Shown here one piece after another: positions 18,406-28,952 of a stretch of DNA of 64,000 bases. The first letter of the stretch is position 1, and every line of letters starts with the position of its first letter. Location: assembly GCA_038106445.1 (NCBI GenBank), contig JAYODU010000003.1:120929-184928 (forward strand), given 5' to 3'. Under the pieces are notes generated by a model that did not search any database, was not told the origin of the DNA, and saw only the letters and a program-made list of their open reading frames with translations. Source of the stretch: Kordiimonadaceae bacterium (GTDB lineage Bacteria; Pseudomonadota; Alphaproteobacteria; Sphingomonadales; Emcibacteraceae). Made by a program: the position numbers and the translations under genes.

Positions 18406-19524
18406 CTATTTATTATAAGTTACCCGGTAAACACGTCCTGCTTCGTCATCGGCAATCAGCAAACTACCGTCTTTAAGCTCAAGAACATCACTTGGCCGAC
18501 CCCAGGATTCGTTATTTTGAAGAAAGCCGGTGATAAAAGGTTCGTAACTTGTGGCTTTGCCATTTTCAAGGGTAACAAGTGTCAGCATATGCCCGGTGTG
18601 GCCCGCTTCTACCGTCCTGTTCCAGGAACCGTGTTCAGCAATGATCACGCTGTTTTTAAATTTTTCAGGAAACATATCCCCCTTATAAAATGCCATACCT
18701 ATTGCCCCGGCGTGTGGTGCAAGATTTTGGGCCGGGGCAACATAATCATCAGGGTTTTTACCTCTTCCATATTCCGGGTCAGGTGTATCGCCCTGATGAA
18801 TATATGGATAACCAAAATGCATTCCCGGGCCCGTGGCACGGTTAAGTTCATCGGCGGGCATTTCATCACCCATAGCGTCCCGCCCGTTATCGGTAAACCA
18901 AAGATCTCCAGTAATGGGATCCCAATCAAAGCCAACCGTATTGCGAATACCGGAAGCATAAAGTTTGAAGCCGGCAGCGGGATTGTTTACATCCATCGTA
19001 TGAATTGAAGCATAAATCGGTGCCGGTTCACAAATATTGCACGGTGCACCAATGGGAATATACAGAAGGCCATCAGGGCCAAATTCAATAAATTTCCATC
19101 CGTGATGGGTGTCCGTCGGAAGATCAGCGGTTACGATCTCGGGGTTTGGGGAGTCTCTGAATGTATTATCAATGTCGGAAATTTTATAAATTCTGTTAAT
19201 CGCACCGATATAAAGGTCACCATTATGATAGGTAAGGCCGCTTGGTGTATTAAGACCGCCCGTAATGGCAACAACATCGTCGGCTTTGCCGTCCTGATTG
19301 TCATCCGTAATTGCAAATATGCGGCCACCAGCGCGGTTGCGCGTCCCTACATAAACCGTGCCATTGTCACTAAGCGACATTTGCCGTGCATTTGGTACCC
19401 TGGCATAAACTTCAATAGAAAAGCCATCCGGTAATACCAGCTTATCAAGTTCCTGACTTTGAACAGCTGTACCTGTCATTGCAATGATTGGTAAAATTAA
19501 TGCTGCGAGCATTTTGTTTTTCAT
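18406..19524 (-). CDS. PQQ-dependent sugar (sorbosone/aldose) dehydrogenase family protein, secreted
   Basis: Sec signal. Beta-propeller GSDH-family motifs recognised by eye (THHGWKFIEFGPDGLLY, NTVGFDWDP.TGDLWFTDNGRD, GFPY, GRPSDV...DGSLLIADD). Confidence 0.7.
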   Translation of the reverse strand: MKNKMLAALILPIIAMTGTAVQSQELDKLVLPDGFSIEVYARVPNARQMSLSDNGTVYVGTRNRAGGRIFAITDDNQDGKADDVVAITGGLNTPSGLTYHNGDLYIGAINRIYKISDIDNTFRDSPNPEIVTADLPTDTHHGWKFIEFGPDGLLYIPIGAPCNICEPAPIYASIHTMDVNNPAAGFKLYASGIRNTVGFDWDPITGDLWFTDNGRDAMGDEMPADELNRATGPGMHFGYPYIHQGDTPDPEYGRGKNPDDYVAPAQNLAPHAGAIGMAFYKGDMFPEKFKNSVIIAEHGSWNRTVEAGHTGHMLTLVTLENGKATSYEPFITGFLQNNESWGRPSDVLELKDGSLLIADDEAGRVYRVTYNK

Positions 19525-19562
19525 TATCAGACTCCCTAATTTTTCAGGAGTGTATCATAATG

Positions 19563-20438
19563 TTAGTTGTTAACAAAATAGCTTATTGAATATCCCTGCA
19601 AATAAAGCAGTGCTGTAAGGTCCGCATGCGTAATAGAGACATCTGCTGCTTTTGCGGTTGCGGGGAAGGGGTGATAACCAACGCCAAGGCCTGCGCCTTC
19701 AAGCATGGGGATATCGTTAGCACCATCGCCGACAGCAATTATTTCAAACTGTTCACGGTTATCACGTTTTTGGTATTCCCGTAATGTATTTATTTTGGTA
19801 TCAGAATCCACAATAGGCTCTCCCACCATGCCGGTCAGTTCGCCATTTTCATGAAGCAGTATGTTGGCACGATTAACCTGAAAACCGGTGAGTTCCGATA
19901 CGCGTTCGGTAAAATAGGTAAAGCCGCCGGAAACCAGAACGGTATTTGCACCGTTCGCGTTCATGGTTCTTACCAGTTCCACTGCACCGGGTGTAAGGGC
20001 CACACGTTCCTGAAACACTGTTTCAAGATCGCTAACTTTTAAACCTTTTAAAAGACCAACCCTTTCACGCAATGCGCCTTTAAAATCAATTTCACCACGC
20101 ATGGCTGCTTCGGTTATATGTGAAACCTTGTCTTTGATACCCAAAAAATCGGCCAGTTCATCAATACATTCGACCTGAATTATTGTGCTGTCCATATCAG
20201 CGACAAGAAGCATTTTACGCCTTGTGATTGGATCCTGGATGGCAAAATCAAAATTTTCCGATTTTAGTTCCTGTAAGTATTCGCCATCCGGGGCATTATC
20301 AAAAAATATATCAAGAGCAATATTTTTATTTAACCAGTTTGAATAGGTAGCCTTGAACCGTTTTTCGTATTTTTCTTTTATTGCTTCTGTAACCGCGGCG
20401 TCTGCAGTATTCGATATAAGGGTAAGCACTTTTGCCAT
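19563..20438 (-). CDS. serB: phosphoserine phosphatase
   Basis: HAD motif I (VADMDSTII), motif III/IV (VGDGANDIPM), and an N-terminal ACT-like region. Divergent from miaA. Confidence 0.85.
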   Translation of the reverse strand: MAKVLTLISNTADAAVTEAIKEKYEKRFKATYSNWLNKNIALDIFFDNAPDGEYLQELKSENFDFAIQDPITRRKMLLVADMDSTIIQVECIDELADFLGIKDKVSHITEAAMRGEIDFKGALRERVGLLKGLKVSDLETVFQERVALTPGAVELVRTMNANGANTVLVSGGFTYFTERVSELTGFQVNRANILLHENGELTGMVGEPIVDSDTKINTLREYQKRDNREQFEIIAVGDGANDIPMLEGAGLGVGYHPFPATAKAADVSITHADLTALLYLQGYSISYFVNN

Positions 20439-20510
20439 TGATTATACCTGTAGTATTTGAATTGTCGCTGGTATATCTACAATATAGGACGTGAATAGGG
20501 AACCGCTATT

Positions 20511-21398
20511 TTGCAAAAGAAAAGGATAATTATACTAGGTGGGGCAACAGCAATTGGTAAATCCTCACTTGCGCTTAAATGGGCACGTGATGTTGACGGT
20601 GAAATTATCAATGCTGACAGTATGCAGATTTACCGTGAACTTAATATGATTACGGCCTGCCCGACCATTGACGATATGGCAGAAATTCCGCATCATTTAT
20701 ACCGCTATTTAAAAGGTGACGATCCGTGTTCAGCCGAAAAGTGGCGGGACATGGCGCAGAACATAATAGATGAAATTTGGAAGCGCGGGAAAGTACCAAT
20801 TGTTGTCGGGGGAACAGGGTTATACTTAAAAGCACTGGTTTACGGATTATCAAAAGTTCCGATCATTGATGAAAGCATCAGAAAAGAAATCCGTGATGAT
20901 GTGAATGAAAATGGCCCGGAGCGGGCCCATGCAAAACTTGCAGCACTTGACGTAGAAATGGCAAACCGACTTGCGCCGGGTGACAGCCAGCGTATTGCCC
21001 GCGCACTTGAAGTTATCCGTTCAACAAGTAAAAGTCTGCTCTATTGGCAGTCAAAGCCAGCAGAGGGAGGGTTGATTGATATGGGGGCGGATTTGGAACT
21101 CAATATCCTTAATCGAAATCGTCAGGAACTTTACCGGCGTTGTGATGAGCGGTTTAAGCGGATGATAGAGCAGGGTGATGTGATAAATGAGATAAGAGAA
21201 CTTATGAGCTATCAATATGACATATCCCTGCCTGTCATGAAGTCACTTGGTGTACCGCAAATCATTGATTATATCGAAGCAAAAATAACAAAAGAGGAGG
21301 CCATTACCCTTAGTCAAACTGCTACACGTCAGTTTGCCAAAAGACAAATGACATGGTTTCGAAACCAGTTTTCAGACTGGAATATTATTAATTTGTAA
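20511..21398 (+). CDS. miaA: tRNA dimethylallyltransferase
   Basis: P-loop GGATAIGKSSLAL with a typical IPP-transferase body (DSMQIYR, GGTGLY). TTG start taken from the ORF track. Confidence 0.85.
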   Translation: MQKKRIIILGGATAIGKSSLALKWARDVDGEIINADSMQIYRELNMITACPTIDDMAEIPHHLYRYLKGDDPCSAEKWRDMAQNIIDEIWKRGKVPIVVGGTGLYLKALVYGLSKVPIIDESIRKEIRDDVNENGPERAHAKLAALDVEMANRLAPGDSQRIARALEVIRSTSKSLLYWQSKPAEGGLIDMGADLELNILNRNRQELYRRCDERFKRMIEQGDVINEIRELMSYQYDISLPVMKSLGVPQIIDYIEAKITKEEAITLSQTATRQFAKRQMTWFRNQFSDWNIINL

Positions 21399-21449
21399 TT
21401 TTATTAATAATAAGTTCATATTTTTGTAATTATATTTCAATATAATCCG

Positions 21450-21478
21450 TTGACTTAGCAATTTTATGTCGTTAAGTT
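21450..21478 (+). promoter_or_regulatory. candidate sigma70-type promoter for ilvIH
   Basis: TTGACT (21450-21455), 17 nt spacer, TAAGTT (21473-21478), about 120 nt upstream of the ilvI ATG. Pattern match only. Confidence 0.3.
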
Positions 21479-21600
21479 GGGATATTTTTTGATTAATGAA
21501 GTTTGCATGTTTTTATTTGTTATTAGGGACGTATGGCTTTATAACCCTAGCGTTAAGCCAATAACTTAAAAACGCGCATAATAAAGGAAAGGTCGACATT

Positions 21601-23355
21601 ATGTCTTCGAAGGCGTTATCAGGAGCTCAGATCATCGTTAAATCCCTTGAGGATTTGGGTGTGGATGTCATTTTTGGATATCCCGGTGGTGCTGTGCTGC
21701 CTATTTATGACGAGCTTCATGAACATTCGAAGATCACGCATGTGCTTGTTCGTCACGAGCAGGCGGCCGTTCATGCGGCCGAAGGATATGCCCGTTCGAC
21801 CGGAAAGCCGGGTTGCGTGCTGGTAACATCGGGTCCCGGTGCGACAAATGCAATTACCGGGCTTGCCGATGCAATGCTGGACAGTATTCCTGTTGTTTGC
21901 CTTACCGGTCAGGTTCCGGTTCAATTGATAGGCACAGATGCCTTTCAGGAAGCGGATACTGTTGGTATATCCCGTCACTGCACAAAACATAATTATCTGA
22001 TCCGTCAAACGGATGATGTTTCCCGCATAATACATGAAGCTTTTCATGTAGCAACGACGGGACGCCCAGGCCCTGTTGTGGTTGATATTCCGAAAGATGT
22101 TCAAATCAAGACCAGTGAGCAAATGCACTATGGACCAATAGAGCATCGCAGTTATCGTCCGGCATATTATGGTGATGAAGCGGCAATAAAAAAAGCGGTT
22201 AAACTTCTGTCTACTGCGAAGCGGCCAATTTTTTACACCGGTGGCGGCATTATTAATTCGGGTCCGAAGGCATCGGATTTGCTCAGGAAGCTTGTTCGAC
22301 TGACAGGAGCACCTATTACCAGCACATTGATGGGGCTTGGTGCTTATCCCGCGTCGGACAAACAATGGCTAGGAATGCTGGGAATGCACGGCACCTATGA
22401 AGCAAACCACGCAATGCATGACTGTGATGTGATGGTGTGTATTGGCGCGCGTTTTGATGATCGGATAACTGGGCGGATTAATGCATTTTCACCAAAATCA
22501 AAGAAAATCCATATCGATATTGATCGTTCATCAATTAACAAAATCGTTCATGTTGATGCACCGGTGGTTGGTGATGCTGCGGCCGTTCTTGATGTATTCA
22601 TCAAACTTTGGAAAAAAGGCAAGCATAAATTTGACCAAGGTGAACTGGATAAATGGTGGGCGAAAATCAATGAAGACCGCCGGCGAAATTGTTTGGCTTA
22701 TTCTAAACGTGATGATGTGATTATGCCACAATATGCCTGTGAAAGACTTCAGGAACTTACCAATGGAAAAGACGTCTATTTCACAACTGAAGTAGGACAG
22801 CATCAGATGTGGGCTGCTCAGTTCCTGAAACTTGAAGAACCAAACCGCTGGATGACTTCAGGGGGCCTTGGAACGATGGGATATGGTTTTCCGGCGGCGA
22901 TCGGTGTTCAGATGGGTCATCCAAAGGCACTTGTGATTGATGTTGCGGGTGAAGCATCCATACAAATGAATATTCAGGAATTATCGACTGCCATGCAATA
23001 TGGCCTGCCGGTGAAGATATTTATATTGAATAATGAATATATGGGAATGGTACGTCAGTGGCAGGATCTTAACCATGATGGCCGTTATTCAAACAGTTAT
23101 ACAGCATCACTGCCTGATTTTGTGAAACTCGCTGAAAGCTATGGTGTGACAGGTATAAGGGTTGATCATCCACGTGATCTTGATGATGCAATCATCCGGA
23201 TGATTGAAACAGAAGGGCCAGTGATTGTTGATTGCCGAGTTGAAAAACTTGCCAATTGTTTCCCCATGATCCCATCCGGTGCAGCGCACAATGAAATGAT
23301 ACTGCCGGATGAAGATGAAATAATGGAATTCGAAGGAGGGGCCGCACTGGTTTAA
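21601..23355 (+). CDS. ilvI: acetolactate synthase (acetohydroxyacid synthase) large subunit
   Basis: 584 aa with ThDP-enzyme motifs (GYPGGAVLPIYD, GGLGTMGYGFPAAIG, NNEYMGMVRQWQ). Followed by the small subunit. Confidence 0.95.
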   Translation: MSSKALSGAQIIVKSLEDLGVDVIFGYPGGAVLPIYDELHEHSKITHVLVRHEQAAVHAAEGYARSTGKPGCVLVTSGPGATNAITGLADAMLDSIPVVCLTGQVPVQLIGTDAFQEADTVGISRHCTKHNYLIRQTDDVSRIIHEAFHVATTGRPGPVVVDIPKDVQIKTSEQMHYGPIEHRSYRPAYYGDEAAIKKAVKLLSTAKRPIFYTGGGIINSGPKASDLLRKLVRLTGAPITSTLMGLGAYPASDKQWLGMLGMHGTYEANHAMHDCDVMVCIGARFDDRITGRINAFSPKSKKIHIDIDRSSINKIVHVDAPVVGDAAAVLDVFIKLWKKGKHKFDQGELDKWWAKINEDRRRNCLAYSKRDDVIMPQYACERLQELTNGKDVYFTTEVGQHQMWAAQFLKLEEPNRWMTSGGLGTMGYGFPAAIGVQMGHPKALVIDVAGEASIQMNIQELSTAMQYGLPVKIFILNNEYMGMVRQWQDLNHDGRYSNSYTASLPDFVKLAESYGVTGIRVDHPRDLDDAIIRMIETEGPVIVDCRVEKLANCFPMIPSGAAHNEMILPDEDEIMEFEGGAALV

Positions 23356-23376
23356 TAAACCGGTGTGAGAATAGCG

Positions 23377-23889
23377 ATGTTAGATACACCTCATCAGGAA
23401 AGACATACTTTTTCAATTATTGTAGATAACGAAGCGGGTGTCCTTGCACGTGTTATCGGACTGTTTTCCGGTCGTGGTTATAATATTGAACATTTGACCG
23501 TGGCACCCGTCGATCTGGAAGGAAACGAAAGCCGTATCACAGTTGTAACCATAGGCACGCGCAGGATTATTGAACAGATTAAGGCGCAGCTTGACCGGTT
23601 GGTGCCAATTCACAAGGTTGGTGACCTTACGGATGATGGACCATCGGTTGAACGTGAGCTTGCACTTGTAAAAGTTGCCGGTGACAGTCAGCAACGTTTG
23701 GAAGCACTTCGTGTTGCCGAAGCATTTCGTGCGCGTCGTGTAGACAGCACAGCAAATAGTTTCATTTTTGAAGTGACCGGTAAATCTGAAAAAATTAAAG
23801 CATTTATTGAGCTTATGAGTGGGCTTGGCCTTGTGGAAGTTGTCCGAACCGGTGTTGCGGCCCTTCACCGCGGAAAAAAGATATTATAA
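23377..23889 (+). CDS. ilvH: acetolactate synthase small (regulatory) subunit
   Basis: ACT domain start RHTFSIIVDNEAGVLARVIGLFSGRGYNIEHLTV. About 170 aa, which is the IlvH-size form. The start is uncertain: ATG 23377 or GTG 23365. Confidence 0.9.
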   Translation: MLDTPHQERHTFSIIVDNEAGVLARVIGLFSGRGYNIEHLTVAPVDLEGNESRITVVTIGTRRIIEQIKAQLDRLVPIHKVGDLTDDGPSVERELALVKVAGDSQQRLEALRVAEAFRARRVDSTANSFIFEVTGKSEKIKAFIELMSGLGLVEVVRTGVAALHRGKKIL

Positions 23890-23896
23890 AGAATAA

Positions 23897-24934
<1,038 letters not shown>

Positions 24935-24960
24935 ATTCCGCAGTATAATTAATCCGAAAA

Positions 24961-24991
24961 GCTCCCGTTCATCCAAACGGGGGCTTTTTAT
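24961..24991 (+). terminator. rho-independent terminator after ilvC
   Basis: GCTCCCGTT / AACGGGGGC stem (one G-U pair) followed by TTTTTATATTT. Confidence 0.75.
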
Positions 24992-25178
24992 ATTTCTGAG
25001 CCATCGATATTTCATAAATAGTTAATCGATGAGTCCCAAACCACACAAATTTCAGTCAAAAAAACATCAACTAATCATCATTTATCCTTAAGAACACTGC
25101 CACAAATCAGTTCCATAGTCCCGCTGCTAAATGGAGTAAGTACCGGTTCCCGGCAGTTACATTTTTTAAGGAAATAAA

Positions 25179-25520
25179 ATGAAAAATACACCTGAGGAAA
25201 GAGCCGGAAATAAAAATTTCCTGCCTAAAATATTATGTACAACATCAATTGTTGCACTTTCTGTCTCAACAAATGCCCTGGCAGAGGAAGCAGAGGAAGA
25301 ACAACAGACCGAAATAACAATGGCGGCTGCTGGTGCCGGGTAGGACAGTGCAAATGCCTATGATGACGCAGAAGTTCTTGTCGTTGTCGGAAAGCCGGTT
25401 ACATATGCAAATAACGCAACAGATAACGTAATGCTTGAGCAGGAAGTGCCCGGCGCAAGTGTGCTTTCAGTGATTGATAACCTGCCGGGAGTAAATATTG
25501 GCGAAGGTGGCTATAGGTGC
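25179..25520 (+). pseudogene. N-terminal remnant of a TonB-dependent receptor (signal peptide plus start of plug) with an in-frame TAG, truncated
   Basis: My own translation gives MKNTPEERAGNKNFLPKILCTTSIVALSVSTNALAEE...AAAGAG, then TAG (25341-25343), then DSANAYDDAEVLVVVGKPVTYANNATDNVMLEQEVPGASVLSVIDNLPGVNIGEGGY. The VVVGK...ID.LPGVN pattern is the beginning of a TBDR plug domain. The remaining roughly 600 aa are absent. Confidence 0.55.
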
Positions 25521-25674
25521 ATCTTTCACCTGTCGCAAAAGAAAAGTTCCTCATAATCTGCCTGAGCTGGTCACCTTTTATGGTTTCCGGTAAAACCTGC
25601 AAATTTTTTGGTTCTGCAAATGGATTTTGCGCCTGTGCTGTAAAAAGCGGTAGAATCATTACAGTTAAAAACAA
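25507..25674 (-). pseudogene. possible N-terminal remnant of a small secreted c-type cytochrome-like protein
   Basis: The first 56 aa of track ORF 25399-25674 are MFLTVMILPLFTAQAQNPFAEPKNLQVLPETIKGDQLRQIMRNFSFATGERCTYSH. This resembles signal peptide plus NL.VLP...M..F...G..C..CH proteins, but with a degenerate CxxSH. Beyond about 25507 the ORF is just the antisense of the TBDR remnant. Confidence 0.3.
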
Positions 25675-25747
25675 AAAATACTTAATAATTTATATTATAG
25701 TTTCCCTCTATTTTGGTAATTTGAAAAAAACTATATCAGTGAAAATT

Positions 25748-25770
25748 CGCGCTAGCAACTCACGAGCGCG
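25748..25770 (-). terminator. weak hairpin after hslO
   Basis: CGCGCT / AGCGCG 6-bp GC stem with an 11-nt loop, followed on the minus strand by AATTTTC. Confidence 0.3.
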
Positions 25771-25779
25771 TGATCATAA

Positions 25780-26694
25780 TTAATGCATTAATTTCGAGAG
25801 TTCAAATTTATGTATTTTTGTACAGAAATCACAAGTAACGTTGATGGTGCCTTCCTCCGCTATATCCTGTAACTCTTCAAGATCAAGACTTGCAAGTGCT
25901 GTTCTTATTTTATCTTCGGAACAGCGACAGCCCGCCGCTACATCAACATGTTCAAATATCCGAACCCCGGTTTCATGGTAAAGCCGGATCAGCAGGTTCT
26001 GAAGGCTTAAATTCTGATCCAGAAGCTCTTCTTCATTAAGGCTTCCCAGCAGTATGGAGGCTGTGTTCCAATGATCATCTGTTTCACTTTCATCGCGGCC
26101 ATGTTCGCTTACGGCGGATCTTGCATAATGCTGGATCATGATAGCACCAGCCTGCCATTTGCCGTTTTCATCCTTGTTACAGGCTAGCATAATTTTTGTT
26201 GGAAGCTGTTCCGAGCTTCTGAAATATTCTTCAGCCGCTGATGTTATATTGTCGCCTTCAAGCTTCACGATGCCCTGATAGCGTTCCATAAATTTTCCCT
26301 GGTCGATTGTAATCCCCAGGTAGCCATTTTCACCGAACATTTCTTCAAGGTTATCGCCGGCTGTAATTCCATCTTCGTATGATGCATAACCCCTGATATT
26401 TCCGATGGCATTTTCGGCATTTTTATAATAATCGCTCACTAGAACACGAACGGGGCCTTCCCCTTTCATTTGGGTGGTCAAAATACCTTCATATTTCATC
26501 AATGAACCGATAAGCGCTGTAAATGCCAGTGTTTCCCCAAGCATTTTACTGACCGTATCAGGATAGTTATGTTTTGAAAGAATATCATTTACCGATCGGC
26601 CAAGACGGACAATGCGTCCTTTTATATCCTGTCCCTCAATTTGGAATGGCAGACATTGATCCACCAGGAGTGGGAAACTATTTTCATTATCCAT
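25780..26694 (-). CDS. hslO: redox-regulated chaperone Hsp33
   Basis: 304 aa with the C-terminal zinc centre CRCSEDK ... CDFCTK (CxC...CxxC), typical of Hsp33. Directly downstream of argF. Confidence 0.85.
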   Translation of the reverse strand: MDNENSFPLLVDQCLPFQIEGQDIKGRIVRLGRSVNDILSKHNYPDTVSKMLGETLAFTALIGSLMKYEGILTTQMKGEGPVRVLVSDYYKNAENAIGNIRGYASYEDGITAGDNLEEMFGENGYLGITIDQGKFMERYQGIVKLEGDNITSAAEEYFRSSEQLPTKIMLACNKDENGKWQAGAIMIQHYARSAVSEHGRDESETDDHWNTASILLGSLNEEELLDQNLSLQNLLIRLYHETGVRIFEHVDVAAGCRCSEDKIRTALASLDLEELQDIAEEGTINVTCDFCTKIHKFELSKLMH

Positions 26695-26696
26695 TA

Positions 26697-27650
26697 TTAC
26701 TTACCGAAGCACCACATCAAAATCGCTTTTTGAATATGTAACCTATTCTCTGCTTCGTCCCAAATAACTGATTGTGGCCCGTCAATAACATCCGCTGTAA
26801 CTTCTTCGCCCCGGTGCGCGGGAAGACAGTGCATGAATATTGCATTATCATTGGCTTTTGACATTAAATTTTGATCAACCTGATAAGGTGCCAGAACCTT
26901 TAGTCTTTCTTCTGCATTATCGTCACCCATGGAAATAAAGGTGTCTGTGATAACACAGTCAGCATCAAGGGCGGCTTTTGCCGGGTCTTCCGTGACAGTA
27001 ACCTTGCCGCCATTATTTTTCGCCCAGCCCACAACCTGTTCAAGCGGGGCATATTCCTTCGGGCAGGCAAGTGTAAGTTCACAATCTAATAGCACCGCCG
27101 CGTGAATCCATGATACCGCAACATTATTTCCGTCCCCGGACCAGGCAATTTTCTTGCCAGCAATAGAACCGCGATGTTCTTCAAATGTCAGGATGTCGGC
27201 CATAATCTGACACGGATGGGAAAAATCGGTTAATGCATTTATAATTGGGACAGTCGAGGTTTCAGCCATTTCAAGCATATCTTCATGGCTGTTGGCCCTT
27301 AACATAATGGCATCAACGAACCCCGACAGAACCTTTGCGGTATCGGAAACAGTCTCGCCGCGTCCTAGCTGCATATCATTATTTTGTAGTACCACACATT
27401 TACCGCCAAGCTGGTGCATGGCCATTTCAAATGAAACACGCGTACGGGTACTTGGTTTTTCAAAAATCATTGCCAGCGCCTGATTTTTCAGGGGCGCATC
27501 CGCATGGACAAAACCGTTGCTTTGGCTTTGTTCAGCCGCGGCTTTTTTTAATGCTTTTGCTTTTTCAATTATTTCAAGTGCATCCTGTTTGCTGATGGAT
27601 GAAATATCGATAAAATGCCTATGATTTGGTTTTAAATTGTAATTGGTCAT
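26697..27650 (-). CDS. argF: ornithine carbamoyltransferase
   Basis: Carbamoyl-phosphate site STRTRVSFE, HPCQ, and the ornithine site HCLPAHRGEE. Confidence 0.95.
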   Translation of the reverse strand: MTNYNLKPNHRHFIDISSISKQDALEIIEKAKALKKAAAEQSQSNGFVHADAPLKNQALAMIFEKPSTRTRVSFEMAMHQLGGKCVVLQNNDMQLGRGETVSDTAKVLSGFVDAIMLRANSHEDMLEMAETSTVPIINALTDFSHPCQIMADILTFEEHRGSIAGKKIAWSGDGNNVAVSWIHAAVLLDCELTLACPKEYAPLEQVVGWAKNNGGKVTVTEDPAKAALDADCVITDTFISMGDDNAEERLKVLAPYQVDQNLMSKANDNAIFMHCLPAHRGEEVTADVIDGPQSVIWDEAENRLHIQKAILMWCFGK

Positions 27651-27661
27651 AGCGTGATCAC

Positions 27662-28870
27662 CTAAAGTGATTTATTCTTTCTCAAAATGTCCTGACAGGT
27701 TTTTTCAAGTAATGCGACTGCATCATTCATATCTGTCTCGTTGATATTCAGAGGAGGAAGAATACGAACCGTATTTTCACCGCCAACAACTAATAAAAGT
27801 TTGTTTTCAAGCGCCGCCAATACAAATTCTCTGGGTTTAACTTTTATTTTTAATCCCATCATCAGACCAAGCCCCCGTACCATCTCAATAACTTCAGGAT
27901 ATTTTTTCCTAAGCTTCATTAGTCCGATACGCAGCTTATCAGACATGTTTTGCACATTTGTTAAAATATCTTCCAGCTCAATGACATCAAGCACGGCATT
28001 GCCCATCGCCATCGCAAGTGGATTGCCTCCATATGTGGATCCATGTGTTCCGGCTGTCATATGTTTTGCAACATTCGCAGTAGCAAGGCAGGCCCCAAGT
28101 GGAAAGCCACCACCTATACCTTTGGCGATTGGCATAATATCCGGTGTTACAACCGCATATTCATGGCAAAATAATTTACCGGTACGTCCCATTCCGCACT
28201 GTATTTCATCATAAATAAGTAGCAAACCATGTTTGTCCGCCAGATTTCTAAGTGTTTGCAGATTTTCTGCCAATACGGGCCTTATGCCGCCTTCGCCCTG
28301 AATAGGTTCAATCATGATGGCGGCAGTTTGATCGGAAATATGGTTTTCAACCTTATTCATGTCATCATAAAATTTAATTACATCAAAGCCATCTACCTTT
28401 GGTCCGAAACCCTTGGTCAATTTTTCAGAACCGCCGGCTGCAATTGTTGCCAGCGTTCGTCCATGAAAGCTGCCTTCAAATGTTATAATGCGATACCGGT
28501 CAGGGTTTCCCGTTGCATTATGATAACGTTTCGCCATTTTGATGGCGCATTCAACGGCTTCTGCGCCTGAATTGGTAAAAAATACACTATCGGCAAAGGT
28601 AAGCTCGCACAGGCGGGTCGCCAGTTTTTCCTGTCCCGGAATATGGTATATATTTGATGTATGCCATAATTTTCCGGCCTGATCACATAGGGCCTCAACC
28701 AGTTTCGGATGACAATGCCCAAGACAGTTGACCGCAATACCGCTTCCAAAATCGAGGTATTCCGTATCATTCGCGTCATATACTTTTGACCCGCTACCAC
28801 GAACAAAACCAGCGTCCAGACGGGCATAGGTGGGTAAAATTGACGATATATTATTTTGTTTTATAGTCAT
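27662..28870 (-). CDS. argD: acetylornithine aminotransferase (class III)
   Basis: 402 aa with class III aminotransferase motifs (FTNSGAEAVE, DEIQCGMGRTGK, GGNPLA). In an operon with argF. Confidence 0.9.
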   Translation of the reverse strand: MTIKQNNISSILPTYARLDAGFVRGSGSKVYDANDTEYLDFGSGIAVNCLGHCHPKLVEALCDQAGKLWHTSNIYHIPGQEKLATRLCELTFADSVFFTNSGAEAVECAIKMAKRYHNATGNPDRYRIITFEGSFHGRTLATIAAGGSEKLTKGFGPKVDGFDVIKFYDDMNKVENHISDQTAAIMIEPIQGEGGIRPVLAENLQTLRNLADKHGLLLIYDEIQCGMGRTGKLFCHEYAVVTPDIMPIAKGIGGGFPLGACLATANVAKHMTAGTHGSTYGGNPLAMAMGNAVLDVIELEDILTNVQNMSDKLRIGLMKLRKKYPEVIEMVRGLGLMMGLKIKVKPREFVLAALENKLLLVVGGENTVRILPPLNINETDMNDAVALLEKTCQDILRKNKSL

Positions 28871-28952
28871 AAAATCGCATATTCTTTTGTTTAAAAATGG
28901 TTTTTTAGACCTATTTACGGTAAATAAGCAAGTAAAAAATGCATAAAACGCA

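Noticed and set aside
21496-21564. A 22-codon ORF (MKFACFYLLLGTYGFITLALSQ) upstream of ilvI as a possible branched-chain amino acid attenuation leader peptide.
   Set aside because: It has only scattered Leu/Ile, no Val, and no run of regulatory codons. I could not find alternative terminator/antiterminator hairpins before the ilvI start.
21619-22365. 248-aa minus-strand ORF inside ilvI. Similar long antisense ORFs occur at 41350-42111 (253 aa, inside AGCS), 18400-19008 (202 aa, inside the PQQ dehydrogenase), 23413-23868, 50779-51207, 61564-62013, 27741-28214, 8652-9068, 7981-8343 and 29893-30228.
   Set aside because: All lie antisense to or out of frame with genes that carry unmistakable family motifs. 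Their translations are low-complexity or Cys/Arg/Ser-rich with no recognisable motifs. They are typical shadow ORFs.
25000-25178. A possible riboswitch (for example cobalamin) in the 180-nt region upstream of the TonB-dependent receptor remnant.
   Set aside because: No B12-box (GCCACTG-like) or other riboswitch core motif was recognisable on either strand. The downstream gene is a remnant.
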